64,000 nt of DNA from Octopus sinensis (lineage: Eukaryota): positions 100,688,001-100,752,000 of the forward strand of contig NC_043004.1 in assembly GCF_006345805.1 (NCBI RefSeq). Direction: 5' to 3'. Below, piece by piece: positions 25,568 through 36,703 of the stretch. Under the pieces are notes generated by a model that worked only from the letters and a program-made list of their open reading frames with translations, did no database searches and was not told where the DNA came from. Made by a program: the position numbers and the translations under genes. The number at the start of each line of letters is the position of its first letter. Within the stretch, counting starts at the first letter, position 1.

Positions 25568-25830
25568 GGACAAGAACGCAAAACATCCAGAAGACGATAC
25601 GAAAAACACGGACGGGTCATTCGAAGTCTTTAATCTTCAGTCAAGAACCGGATCATCCTCGCAATTTCGGCTGATTAATCTTGAGATTGCTCCAGTCTGG
25701 CCGGCCCCAAGGAAAAACTACGCTAGAGCATTAGATTCCTTGGAAAAAAGCTTCGAAAGTATACGAAACAGGACGGAAAAATGGATGATGTTACTACAAA
25801 TATAATACGAAAACACAATAATAATATATA
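25561..25830 (-). mobile_element. (TA)n-nested repeat, probably a Penelope-like terminal segment
   Basis: Homologous to 43320-43530 and 44070-44170; the minus strand carries ctgaaga...cgaatgaccc. Confidence 0.55.
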
Positions 25831-25968
25831 TACATATACACATAGTTATTATTTATAAATATATATATATAATATATATATATATATATAGGGAGAGAGC
25901 AATGTGTGTATATGTGTGTATGCTTATATATATATGTATATATATGTATATATATATAATATATATAT

Positions 25969-26015
<47 letters not shown>

Positions 26016-26046
26016 TTGTGTGTGTGTTGTGTGTGTGTGTGTGTGT

Positions 26047-26254
26047 ATCTGTAAATGTAATATGTGACAATTATTCGGTAGCCATGATAAAACCCCGAGA
26101 TTCGGATGCCGAGGCGGAAATCCAGGCCGCCGTCTCTTCAAATGCTATGAAAAATGGCTACGAATAATTGTCACACATTACATTTACAGATAAATTCCTC
26201 TATTTACATAACATCGAGGTCTCTTTCATTCTTTTGTTATCTTACCATTTTTAT

Positions 26255-26265
<11 letters not shown>
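26047..26265. mobile_element. Inverted-repeat element, left arm truncated by (TG)n
   Basis: Arms 26047-26085 and 26154-26191 are complementary; the right arm continues to (TA)n and matches 4883-4975 in reverse. Confidence 0.75.
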
Positions 26266-26290
<25 letters not shown>

Positions 26291-26295
<5 letters not shown>

Positions 26296-26788
26296 CCAGT
26301 GGACGTCACCAACGGTGCAAATAGCATTATATACGGAAACAAACGAGTTATATATTTAAACAATGAGAAAAGATGGAAAATAGGACAAATCAACAAAGAG
26401 AAAGAACACTTCATCAGTTGTCGGTTGTCTATCTAGTCCTCATTTCGAGCATTCAACGACAATTTATGGAGGGTCAAAGATGGTATCAAAAATATACCAA
26501 TGGACTATTTTCCTCTCGTTGTGGTCCAACGACCTTCCATGTTAGTTTTTGTTCGGTTTCCTTGTATGTCTCCACTGTCATAAATCCTAAATTTTATTAT
26601 AGAATTCATGGGTGCAACTGTCTTTGAAGACTCATATTATCGTTGAATGCTCGAAATGAGGAGTAAATAGACAGCCGACAACTGATGAAGGGTCCTTTCT
26701 CTGTGTTTTCTTGTCGCGTTTTCCATTTTTTCTCGTTGTTTACGTATTTCATGTTATTTGCTCCGTTGGTGACGTCCCGTACTCATAT
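26291..26788. mobile_element. ~500-bp element with ~160-170-bp imperfect inverted arms, flanked by (TA)n on both sides
   Basis: gacgtcaccaacgg...cttcatcagttgtcggttgtcta...tcatttcgagcattcaacga vs tcgttgaatgctcgaaatga...tagacagccgacaactgatgaag...ccgttggtgacgtc. Confidence 0.8.
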
Positions 26789-26792
26789 ATGC

Positions 26793-26843
<51 letters not shown>

Positions 26844-27043
26844 ATACATATAATGTGTATATATATATATATATTATATATATATATATATATCGTTATA
26901 TATATATCATTATATATATATATATATATAATATATATATACGTTTTTTGGTGTCCTGTACCCATATATGCATGTATATACATATAGATGTAGGTATGTA
27001 CATATATGTATGTATATATGCATATGTTCTATTTATTATTTTG

Positions 27044-27084
<41 letters not shown>

Positions 27085-27544
27085 ATGTACATATGCATTT
27101 GCACGCATGTGGTCTGTAGGTATGTATGAACGCACGAGTTTTGCATGTATATACATAGATACATATATGTGTATGCGCACGCATATGTGTACGTATATGT
27201 GCACGCATATGTGTACGTATAAGAAAATGACGTAATACCCCATTAATTAATTCTAAGAATATATATATATATAACCTTGCGCTAGTGATTTGTTGACACC
27301 TCTCACTTGGAGTGAACTTAATCTGTTCTGACAGATATTATCTGTGATATACCCCTGCGAGTTTTAAATACAATTCCATAAACTCTGGGAAGTGAGTGTG
27401 GGAGGCAATTAAAGAGAATTTATTTTGAGGAATGTGGACACGAGGAAATTCCAAGATCTGGTTCTCGGCGCCGTGTCAACGCAAATAATAATAAAAACAA
27501 CACCCAACAACAACAACAGCAAGAATAATCATGATAATTGTTTC

Positions 27545-27945
27545 AAGCCTTGGCAGAAGGCCAGTAATTTTGAGGGAGGGGTTCGATTAGTTCCACTCCA
27601 GTGTTCAACTGGTACTTGTTTTATTGACCCCAAAAGTATGAAAATCAAAGTCGACCTGGGAGGAATTTGAACTCAGAAGGTAAAAGACGGACAAAATGTC
27701 CCTAAGTATTTTGCCCGACGTGGAAACGATTCTGCCAGGTCGCCGCTTTAAGGACAATATTAATAAGAATTAAATAATAAGAATTAAATTGTGAGGAAGT
27801 AGGATAGTCGATTACATTGACCCTAATGCTTCACTTTTATCGACCCTGATCGGAAGAAAGGCAAAGCTGACCTCGTAGGATATTGACGAAACGCCGCTAA
27901 GCATCTTGTCCTGAATGCCAACAATTCTGCCAGATCGCCAGTCCG
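27545..27945 (-). mobile_element. Two old SINE D copies (27545-27750 and 27805-27945)
   Basis: Diverged aaagtcgacct...gaatttgaactcagaa...ctgccaggtcgcc motifs. Confidence 0.7.
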
Positions 27946-27964
27946 AAATGATGAGAAAATATAA

Positions 27965-28180
27965 TAGAAGTATAGAGAAAATAGTAAAGTACCAGGACCT
28001 AGCCATTGTGTTACCGAGGCTATTGAAATTGCGGGCAAAATTTATCCCTATGGCTATAGGTGCATTAGGAACTATACGTAAAGATTTGAATAGATGGATA
28101 AGAGGAAATAGGTATATTAGGGACGGCTGGGATACTTAGGAAGGTTCTTTGCATCTAAGGTTACTTGTAATCCGATGTTA
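27965..28180 (+). mobile_element. 3' terminal fragment of an R4/Dong-like non-LTR retrotransposon (REL endonuclease end)
   Basis: EKIVKYQDLAIVLPRLLKLRAKFIPMAIGALGTIRKDLNRW, then after a frameshift GTAGILRKVLCI* (28120-28158). Matches the recalled EKxxKYxDL...IPxxIGALG...LGTARILRKVL pattern. Confidence 0.7.
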
Positions 28181-28366
28181 GGAAATTTTCTTTTACAATT
28201 TTTTTTAATACAGTTTAGTCTGTATTTCTCCTCCCTTCCCCTCTGTCTTTTTACCACCATTCTCTCTATGTTTCTCTCTCTCCCTCTCTCTTTATCTCTC
28301 TCTCCCTCTCTCTTTATCTCTCTCTCTCTCTCTCTCTCTCTCCTTCTATCACTTTCTTCACTACCG

Positions 28367-28764
28367 TTTTACTCTTTTACTTGTTTCAGTCATTTGACTG
28401 TGGCTATGCTGGGGCAGCGCCTTTAATCGAGCAAATCGACCCCATGACTTATTCTTTGTAAGCCCAGTACTTATTCTATCGGTCTCTTTTGCCAAACCGC
28501 TAAGTGACAGGGACGTAAACACACCAGCATCGGCTGTCAAGCGATGTTGGGAGGATAAACACAGACACACAAACATATACACACACATATACATATACAT
28601 ACATATACGGCGGGCTTCTTTCAGTTTCTGTCTACCAAATCTACTCACAAGGCTTTGGTCGACCCGAGGCTATAGTAGAAGATACTTGCCCAAGGTGCCA
28701 CACAGTGGAACTGAACCCGGAACCATGTGGTTGGTAAACAAGCTATTTACCACACAGCCACTCC
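28367..28764 (-). mobile_element. Full-length SINE group B
   Basis: Collinear with 17476-17870. Confidence 0.9.
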
Positions 28765-29326
28765 TTGTAGACATCGTAAAATTCTTCAACCGAAATCATA
28801 CTTTCGCAGACCAATTCACATAGCTAGTTTTTCGTTAGATTCAGATTAACGCTTCTCCTTCCGTCTTTAGTTAAATCTTAAATTTACAGGTGGGCCGTGG
28901 GTAACGCTGCAGTAGGCACCTTCTCGCAGCGGTGATGCGCTCCCCTACTCACTCCTCTACCATCTTCCCTGATATCCAATATCTACCGACTTCACTTCCA
29001 TGTTTATAACCACTCCTAAGCAGACCCCCTACTCTCCCTGTCAATATGAATGTAATTATACTGAACTTTTGTTAAATGGCTTCCTCCCTGCCCAAGTTGA
29101 TCTTCCTTTTCTTTTCCTTTTATCTATTTCTCTCTCCCTCTCTCTCTCTCTCTCTTCTACGTTTTTTCCCCCCATTCTGCCAATGCCGAGAACCCATCAC
29201 TTAGAAAATGCGCCAGTGGCTTGCGCAAGACCTGTCCTCTGTCAGTCAAGCCCGACTCCTTCGCCAAACCAGCAGGAGAAGAGCGGGAAAAGGCGAGTAT
29301 TTGGCGCCTTCAAATAACCTATTTCT

Positions 29327-29550
29327 TTATTACCCACAAGGGGCTAAACACAGAGAGACAAACAAGGACAACCATAGGTATTAAGTCGATTACATCGTCC
29401 CCAGTGCGTAACTGGTACTTTTATTTATCGACCCCGAAAGGATGAAAGGCAAAGTCGACCTCGGCAGAATTTGAACTCCCAACGTAACGCAGACGAAATA
29501 CCGCTAAGCATTTCGCCCGGCATTCTAACGTTTCTGCCAGCTCGCCGCCT
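29327..29550 (-). mobile_element. Full-length SINE D1
   Basis: Collinear with 52725-52954. Confidence 0.9.
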
Positions 29551-29554
29551 AACC

Positions 29555-29960
29555 AGTGCCCCGAGTAGGTTGTTCTCGTTAGCCTTGGGTGGCAAGCAGC
29601 CTAGGAGAAGGAACATCCTCAGTTTAAAACAAGGGGTGCAATGGTAGGACGTCTTGATAAAAATACCAGTTGGTAGTGACCTAAAAACGTACCTCATTTG
29701 TGAGTGAAAATGTCAAGCGAAATAGATGACGATAACGGTGTGAATGGGACCGGAACCAATGGTGAAGGTGCCACACCCGGCAGGTGCTCCACGATGCCGC
29801 AGGGTGGGCCCGGTCGTAATCCAGCAACTGCTAGCCATGCTACAAGACATAACTGGAGTAAACATGATGGTTATGGAGTGAGCACCCCAGTGGATGTGAA
29901 CGGTGTGCTTTTCAGTGGGTACAGAAAACGAATGCTCAGGAAACGGAAGGTAATCATGCG
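29555..29960 (+). mobile_element. 5' UTR and ORF start of an R4/Dong-like non-LTR retrotransposon, truncated
   Basis: agcctaggagaaggaacatcctcagtttaaaac leader. ORF 29704-29973 contains RHNWSK...PVDVNGVLFSGYRKRMLR, like the recalled N-terminal WSK...GYRKRM motif. Confidence 0.45.
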
Positions 29961-30039
29961 CTATTTACCTTGATATGAAATCATCATGCCACGCACATAT
30001 GGTTGTGATGCATGTATCTGATGTACTTTTATCAGACGA

Positions 30040-30128
30040 ATAAGTACCAGTGAAACGCTGGGGGGTCAATGTAATCGACTAGTCCCCTTCCCACAAATTT
30101 GAGGCCTTGTGCCTCCAGTAGAAAGGAT
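30040..30128 (+). mobile_element. 3' fragment of SINE D (tail type D2)
   Basis: gtaccagt...ggggtcaatgtaatcgactagtcccc...ggccttgtgcctccagtagaaagg. Confidence 0.7.
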
Positions 30129-30720
30129 AATTTAATTTTAGCCCGATTAGTTCTCGCGCAAATCAGTAAGTGTTTTCTTTACAATTAGTTGTTTCTCGTC
30201 TATATATACATTACGTTATTCACGCTAGTTATCTAAAGTATGTACTTATTATGTCGTATGCTAATTCGCTGAGATGCTAGGTAACTTGTCCTATATCCTG
30301 CGTGACATTTTCCCGTCTATCCAAATCCTGATCTGTAGAGTACATTTGAAATTTCGCGAGGTTCCGCAGAAGAATTAATAGAAATTACTTTTTTTATCAT
30401 TTTTGATAAGAATAAGTGTGCAAAGAAATTCAATGACCCAGTATTTGTCAATGACGCAAGCAGTCATATATTTATATGAAGATCAAATTTTTTTCTAATA
30501 ATTTTGCCTTTATTATTTCATGTTAATGGCTTCGCCAGAGGAGACCCGGCAGCGCTCATGGCCCTTTTCCTGAAGTGCCAGATCGTCTAGGACTGATACT
30601 CAGTATAGGTGTCTTATCTAGGGGGAGATTTATCTTTCGCTTATTTCTCACCACTAAACAACATGCAAATATCTTCATTACAGTTTTGGATGGATTTAGA
30701 TTCTGTCATTTATAAAATAA

Positions 30721-31115
30721 CTAGCAGTATCGCCCGGCGTTGCTCGGGTTTGTAAGAGAAATAACTATTTAAGCATTTCTAGAGATGTAAAGTATAATAG
30801 CCATCTCAATATGGTTAACCACAAAGAGGGGGGGTACTGTAGCTTTTTACGTTCTGAGATTTAATAATAAACTTTTAGAGAGTTACTTCCCTTATATATG
30901 TCAAAAATGCATTAAAAATAGGAAAAATTGATGGTAATTTTTTTTTAATCGTAGACTCATCGTAGACGCGCGCTAATACCCAGAAGGGCTCGATATGAAT
31001 CACGACTATAAGATCCTACCCGTTTTTGTTAAACTGCACCGCAAAATGTGGGAGTAGTTAGGAATCTAAATCGTAGGAGACAGACAGCACACAACCTCAC
31101 TTTTATATATAAAGA
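30721..31115 (-). mobile_element. Non-autonomous Helitron-type element
   Basis: Minus strand starts A|TC (tctttatatataaaag) and ends with the hairpin cccgagcaacgccggg plus CTAG|T; no TSD. Confidence 0.8.
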
Positions 31116-31589
31116 TATATTCAACATGTGCTCTTGCTTTCGTTGTTTAGTTCCAAATTGGACCTGATATCAACGACATTCCATTCGTGATCAACCTGTT
31201 TATGTTAAGGAAGTCATGTATTATATGATGGAGGTTTGGTTTCTCTTTATTGCAGGCGAACAGCCACGTGGTGGTTCCGCCGCTAACTAATATCTCTCTC
31301 TCCAGCATTATTGGCGTACGTAAAATGAAATATCTCCAAACGCGTCTCGAAACTGGATAGCTAGTTCTGAATCACAGCTTCTTACCGTTTACCCTGTGGA
31401 CTCCTTCTCTCAAAAACAAAAGAAAATTAGGAAAAATAAAAAAAAAAGACAACCTTACATAGAATTACAGACATGCTTGAAAAAGAATATCAAGTTTAAT
31501 TAAGATTAGTTTTCATTAAAGCTTAATTAAAAGTGTAGCTTCCTCTCACCTCCCACCACCACCCATATTGGGAAGAAATTGATGGGGTT

Positions 31590-33140
31590 GAAGGCTGTGG
31601 TGGTGGTGGTGGTGGTGATGGTGGAGTCGACGGCGGTGCTAGAAGTGACAGTGGTGGTGGTAGTGCAAATGGAGGCGGGGCAAGTAGTGAGGGTGATGGT
31701 GGGAATGCGTCGGTGGCGGTAGTGGTGGCAGTGGCGGTGGTGGTGCTGGTGGCGCTGGTAGCGATGTTGCTGATAGTGAGGATGATGAGAGTGATGATGG
31801 TGACGGTGGTAGTCTTAGGGGATGTTTAATACACACACACACACACATACACACACAAACGCATGCACCCTTAATCTGCAACCTCCTTAGGGATATTTAC
31901 CCCATTCCTAGCTACCTGCATCACCTACACACACGCACGCACACACATACACACACACACATAACAACATACCACCAATACATAACCTACCACCATCCAC
32001 GCCACCATTGAAACCCCAAGAAGGAAAATGAGGTCAAGGAAGGATTTTCTTCATGTTGATTCTCATCTTTGCTAACTCAATCAGAGTTGGTTGCTGATGC
32101 TGGTGGCAGTGGTGGTGGTGGCAGTAGTGGTGGTGGCGGTGGTGGTGGTGGTGGTTGTGGTGGTGGCAGTAGTGGTGGTGGTGGTGGGTGGTGGTGGTGG
32201 TGGTTGTGGTGGTGGCAGTAGTGGTGGTGGTGGTGGTGGTGGTGATGGTTGTGGTGGCGGTGGTGGTGGTGGTGGTGGTGGTGGTGGTGGTGGTGGTGGT
32301 GGCAGTGGTGGTGGTGGTGGTGGTGGTGGCGGGGTGGTGGTGATGGTTGTGGTGTGGTGGACGTGGTGGTGGTGGGTGGGCATAGTGGAGTGGTGGTGGT
32401 GGTGGTGGGGTGGTGGTGTGATGGTTGTGGTGGTTGCGGTGGTGGTGGTGCAGTGGTTGTGGTGGTGTGGTGGTGGTGGTGGTGTGGCGGTGGTGGTGAT
32501 TTTTGTGGTGGTGGAAGTGGTGGTGGTGGTGGCAGTGGTGGTGGTGGTGGTGGTGGTGGTGGTGGTGGTGGTGGTGTGGTGGTGGTGTGGTGGGTGGTGG
32601 TGGTGGTGGTTGGGTTGCGGCGTGGTGGTGGTGGCAGTGGGGTGGTGGTGGTGGTGGTGGTGGTGTGGTGGTGGTGTGGTGGTGGTGGTGGTGGTGGTGG
32701 TGGTTTTGGTGGTTGCGGCGGTGGTGGTGGTGGCAGTGGTGGTGGTGGTGGTGGTGCTGGTATGGTGGTGATATTGGGTATGTGGTGGTGTGGTGGTGGT
32801 GGTGGTGGTGGGGTTTGTGGTGGTGTGGTGGTGGGGGTGGGGGGTGTGGTGGTCAAGTGTAGTGGCGAGGTGTAGTGGTGTGGCAGTGTGTGTGTTGGTG
32901 GCTGGTTGTTGTGGTTGCGGCGTTGGTGGCTGTGCTGGAGAGGCGAGTGGTGCTGGTGGCAGTGGTGGTGTTTGGGATAGGGAGGAGATGGGCAAAATGT
33001 TGCAGTAGTGATGGTGATAGTTGTTGCTGTGGTTGTGCTGGTGCACGTGATGTTGGTGAATCAATTATTCGTGGTAGTGTTGTAGGTGTTGTTCTTGTTC
33101 TTGTTCTCTTTAGTGATTGGGTAGTGGTGGTGGTGGGGAT
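31590..33140. repeat. (GGT)n-rich expansion, most continuous at 32090-32850
   Basis: Degenerate GGT triplets seen directly. Confidence 0.95.
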
Positions 33141-33288
33141 GTTAGAGATGTTTGGTGAATATGTGGATATCTATATATGCATATATGGATGTGTGTGTAT
33201 ATGTATATAATATTAATGTTATATTATACGCCGAGACATACATAAAAAATGCATATAATGAATATAAGAGTATATGTATGTATGCGTA

Positions 33289-33340
<52 letters not shown>

Positions 33341-33553
33341 GTATGTAATATATATATATATGTATGTATGTATGTATGTAGGTATGTATGTATGTATGTA
33401 TGTATGTATGTATGTATGCATGTATATGCATACGCACACAGACACACACACACACACATATATAGTGTATAAGAGGTGTAGGAAATAAAGAACTCGATAC
33501 ATACGTAGAGTATAACTTTCTCATTTGCAAGCCTGCAATGTTCTGTGTTTCAG

Positions 33554-33645
33554 AGTGACCAGTGGATTCATCCCTGACGAAAATCTTCTGCCTAGCGACG
33601 ATCAGCAGAATGGATGTAATATTCCTAATCAAGTGGTTTGCCTTA
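33554..33645 (+). CDS. Candidate 92-nt internal exon ([31 protein letters not shown])
   Basis: Acceptor ttctgtgtttcag, donor gtaagt, and only one open frame. No homology recognised. Confidence 0.22.
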
Positions 33646-33749
33646 GTAAGTAAGATGTGATGTGATGTATGTGGATTTCTTGAGTGAATACTTTGAATAT
33701 ATTTTTTTTCCCGTTTATTTCATTTATTGCGTTAACGTCTGCATATGTA

Positions 33750-33973
33750 TACTCTTTTTACTCTTTTACATGTTTCAGTCATTTGACTGCGGCCATGCTG
33801 GAACACTGCCTTTAGTCGAGCAAATCGACCCCGGGACTTATTCTTTGTAAGCCCAATACTTATTCTATCGGTCTCTTTTGCCGAACTGCTAAGTGACGGG
33901 GACGTAAACACACCAGCATCGGTTGTCAAGCAATGCTAGGGGTACAAACACACACACACAAACACATACATAC

Positions 33974-34004
<31 letters not shown>

Positions 34005-34168
34005 CTACAGGCTTCTTTCAGTTTCCGTCTAACAAATCCACTCACAAGGCTTTGGTCGGCCCGGGGCTATAGCAGAAGACACTTGCCCAAGATGCCACGC
34101 AGTGGGACTGAACCCGGAACCATGTGGTTGGTTAGCAAGCTACTTACCACACAGCCACTCCTGCGCCT
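33750..34168 (-). mobile_element. Full-length SINE group B
   Basis: Collinear with 17476-17870 and 50096-50500. Confidence 0.9.
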
Positions 34169-34457
34169 GTATGTGTGTATTTGTTTGTGTTTGTGGCTCT
34201 TACACATGTAAGTTTGAACTCAAATTCCTTAAGCATTGAGATGATTTCTAGCAAAGGCGGATGCATTGTTACTGGAATTTCGATAGAAATATACATGAAG
34301 ACGTACATGTTGAACTTTGAGAAGTTTCCAGCTTACAAGCAGTATTTGCAACGCGCGTGTTTGGTGCTTTCTTGTTTGCTATAAAGCCCAAACTGTTAGA
34401 GATTACCACTTAAATATTTCAACACGATCATCTTGTGAACTAATAATATACACAAAT

Positions 34458-34848
34458 GTGGAGGCGCAATGGCCCAGTGGTTAGGGCAGCGGACTCGCGG
34501 TCATAGGATCGCGGTTTCGATTCCCAGACCGGGCGTTGTGAGTGTTTATTGAGCGAAAACACCTAAAGCTCCACGCAGCTCCGGCAGGGGATGGTGGTGA
34601 TCCCTGCTGTGCTCTTTCACCACAACTTTCTCTCACTCTTACTTCCTGTTTCTGTTGTACCTGTATTTCAAAGGACCGGCCTTGTCACTCTCTGTGTCAC
34701 GCTGAATATACCCGAGAACTACGTTAAGGGTACACGTGTCTGTGGAGTGCTCAGCCACTTACACGTTAATTTCACGAGCAGGCTGTTCCGTTGATTCGGA
34801 TCAACCGGAACCCTCATCGTCGTAACCGACGGAGTGCTTCCAAAAAAG
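34458..34848 (+). mobile_element. Full-length SINE group A
   Basis: A-box tggcccagtgg, B-box-like gtttcgattcc, short A-rich end, and TSD acacaaatgtg (34450-34460 and 34849-34859). Confidence 0.92.
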
Positions 34849-35411
34849 ACACAAATGTGAACTCATAATCTGGATAGGGAAGCTTAAGATTTCAAAGTTC
34901 CTAAATATCCTCTTTTCCATTGATATTGTAGGAAACGTTCATAGCTGTAGACCTCTATACACTAACAGAATTTTACTTAACAATTTTAATCTTATCCGGC
35001 GGAAGTTTTCAAGGGAATGTTCCACTAACGTTCATTGCATTGAGACGTACGAACTTAACAACAGAGATGCTTTCTATATTTATCTCAGCATCGTTATTCC
35101 TACAGATGGCATTGTATATCGTTGGAGCAACGACATCATGCGGCAAAGAAAGATGCTTACCTCAATGACATTTTTAACAGCTGCTGATCGCATTCGTAAC
35201 ATTTTCCTTAGAAATCTGACAGAATCGACATTTTCGGTCGCATCTTGTGGGCTGAAGCGATTTATTGCACCGTTTGTCCAATACATATTATGTAACTACC
35301 ACATGCTCTTGGACGACTAAAGTATAACCTTCAAAATGTGATGTTATACAACGACTACGAATCCAAGAGTGACTACACTAACTGCCAAAGTTTGTATGCA
35401 TAAAGATGCAT

Positions 35412-35828
35412 AGGCGCAGGAGTGGCTGTGTGGTAAGTAGCTTGCTAACCAACCACATGGTTCAGGGTTCAGTCCCACTGAGTGGCACCTTGGGCAAGTG
35501 TCTTCTACTATAACCTCGGGCCGACCAAAGCCTTGTGAGTGGATTTGGTAGACGGAAACTGAAAGAAGCCCGTCGTATATATCTATATATATGTGTGTGT
35601 GTGTGTTTGTGTGTCTGTGTTTGTCCCCCTATTATTGCTTAACAACCGATGCTGGTGTGTTTATGTCCCCGTCACTTAGCGGTTCGGCAAAAGAGACCGA
35701 TAGAATAAGTATTGGGCTTACAAAGAATAAGTCCCGGGGTCGAGATGCTCGATTAAAGGTGGTGCTCCAGCATGGCCACAGTCAAAATGAATGAGACAAG
35801 TAAAAAAGTAAAGAGAGAGTAAAGAGTA
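35412..35828 (+). mobile_element. Full-length SINE group B
   Basis: aggcgcaggagtggctgtgtggtaag head through the agtaaagag tail. Confidence 0.9.
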
Positions 35829-36083
35829 TACGTACGTATGCACACACATACAAACGCATGCATGCACGCACGTACTCACACACACACACACATGAAAGCT
35901 TTTCTATTGGGTAGGCATAAAAAATATATTCAGTATCAATGTTTAACAGTTAATTTAAGCTGCCTTGGTAACTACCAGCGCCACCAGCGCTGTTGGGATG
36001 CAAGCTTCTTACCACACAGCTACCAGCGCCACCAAAGTTTCTCTGATTTTTCGGTACTTCCTCAGGCAGGATTATACAACTTA

Positions 36084-36312
36084 GGCGGAGAGCTGGCAGA
36101 AACGTTAGCGCGTCGGGCGAAATGCTTAGCGGTATTTCGTCTGCGTTACGTTGTGTGTTCAAATTCCGCCGAGGTCGACTTTGTCTTTCATCCTTTCGGG
36201 GTCGATAAATTAAGTACCAGTTACGCACTGGGGTCGATGTAATCGACTTAATACCTATGTCAGTCCTTGTTTGTCCGCTCTGTGTTTAGCCCTTTGTGGG
36301 TAATAAAGAAAT
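36084..36312 (+). mobile_element. Full-length SINE D1 with 16-bp TSD
   Basis: aggattatacaactta at 36068-36083 and 36313-36328. Confidence 0.92.
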
Positions 36313-36328
36313 AGGATTATACAACTTA

Positions 36329-36540
36329 AGGGATAAAGACACACCACTATAAGTATAGGTTTTCGATATTCATTTTTAGGTCACCCTTGTTAAGCCACCT
36401 CCATGATGCTCGCTGGTCTTTCAATTTGTTGGCTTCTTTGGTTGCTCTTGATCGGAATTCATGAGCACTAGCATTTTTGTTATAGCCTTCTGCATTAGCA
36501 GCATACTGTAGCAGGTCTTGTTTGCTTGTGTCCATTTCAG
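36329..36540 (-). mobile_element. Internal fragment of an R4/Dong-like ORF
   Basis: ORF 36347-36535 contains KDQRASWRWLNKGDLKMNIE, like the recalled post-RT SWxWLxxGxLKxETE motif. Confidence 0.45.
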
Positions 36541-36555
36541 GATGGGTGCATTATA

Positions 36556-36703
36556 TATTTCTTTATTACCCACAAGGGGCTAAACATAGAGGGGACAAAC
36601 AAGGACAGACAAAACGGATTAAGTCGATTATATCGACCCCAGTGCATAACTGGTACTTAATTTATCGACCCCGAAAGGATGAAAGGCAAAGTCGACTTTG
36701 GAG
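36556..36703 (-). mobile_element. 5'-truncated SINE D1 with 12-bp TSD
   Basis: gggtgcattata at 36544-36555 and 36704-36715. Confidence 0.88.

Noticed and set aside
27340-27400. AG...GTGAGT-bounded segment
   Set aside because: All three frames contain stops, which shows that strong splice-like sites occur by chance here.
32077-33210. 200-330 aa Pro/Thr/His and Gly/Val/Trp ORFs (extensin- or mucin-like)
   Set aside because: All six frames of a (GGT)n tract are open, with no codon-position structure or splice support.
34460-34535. tRNA genes (also at 1360-1430, 53422 and 59330-59400)
   Set aside because: A and B boxes are present but there is no intact acceptor stem, and they run into multi-copy SINE bodies with TSDs.
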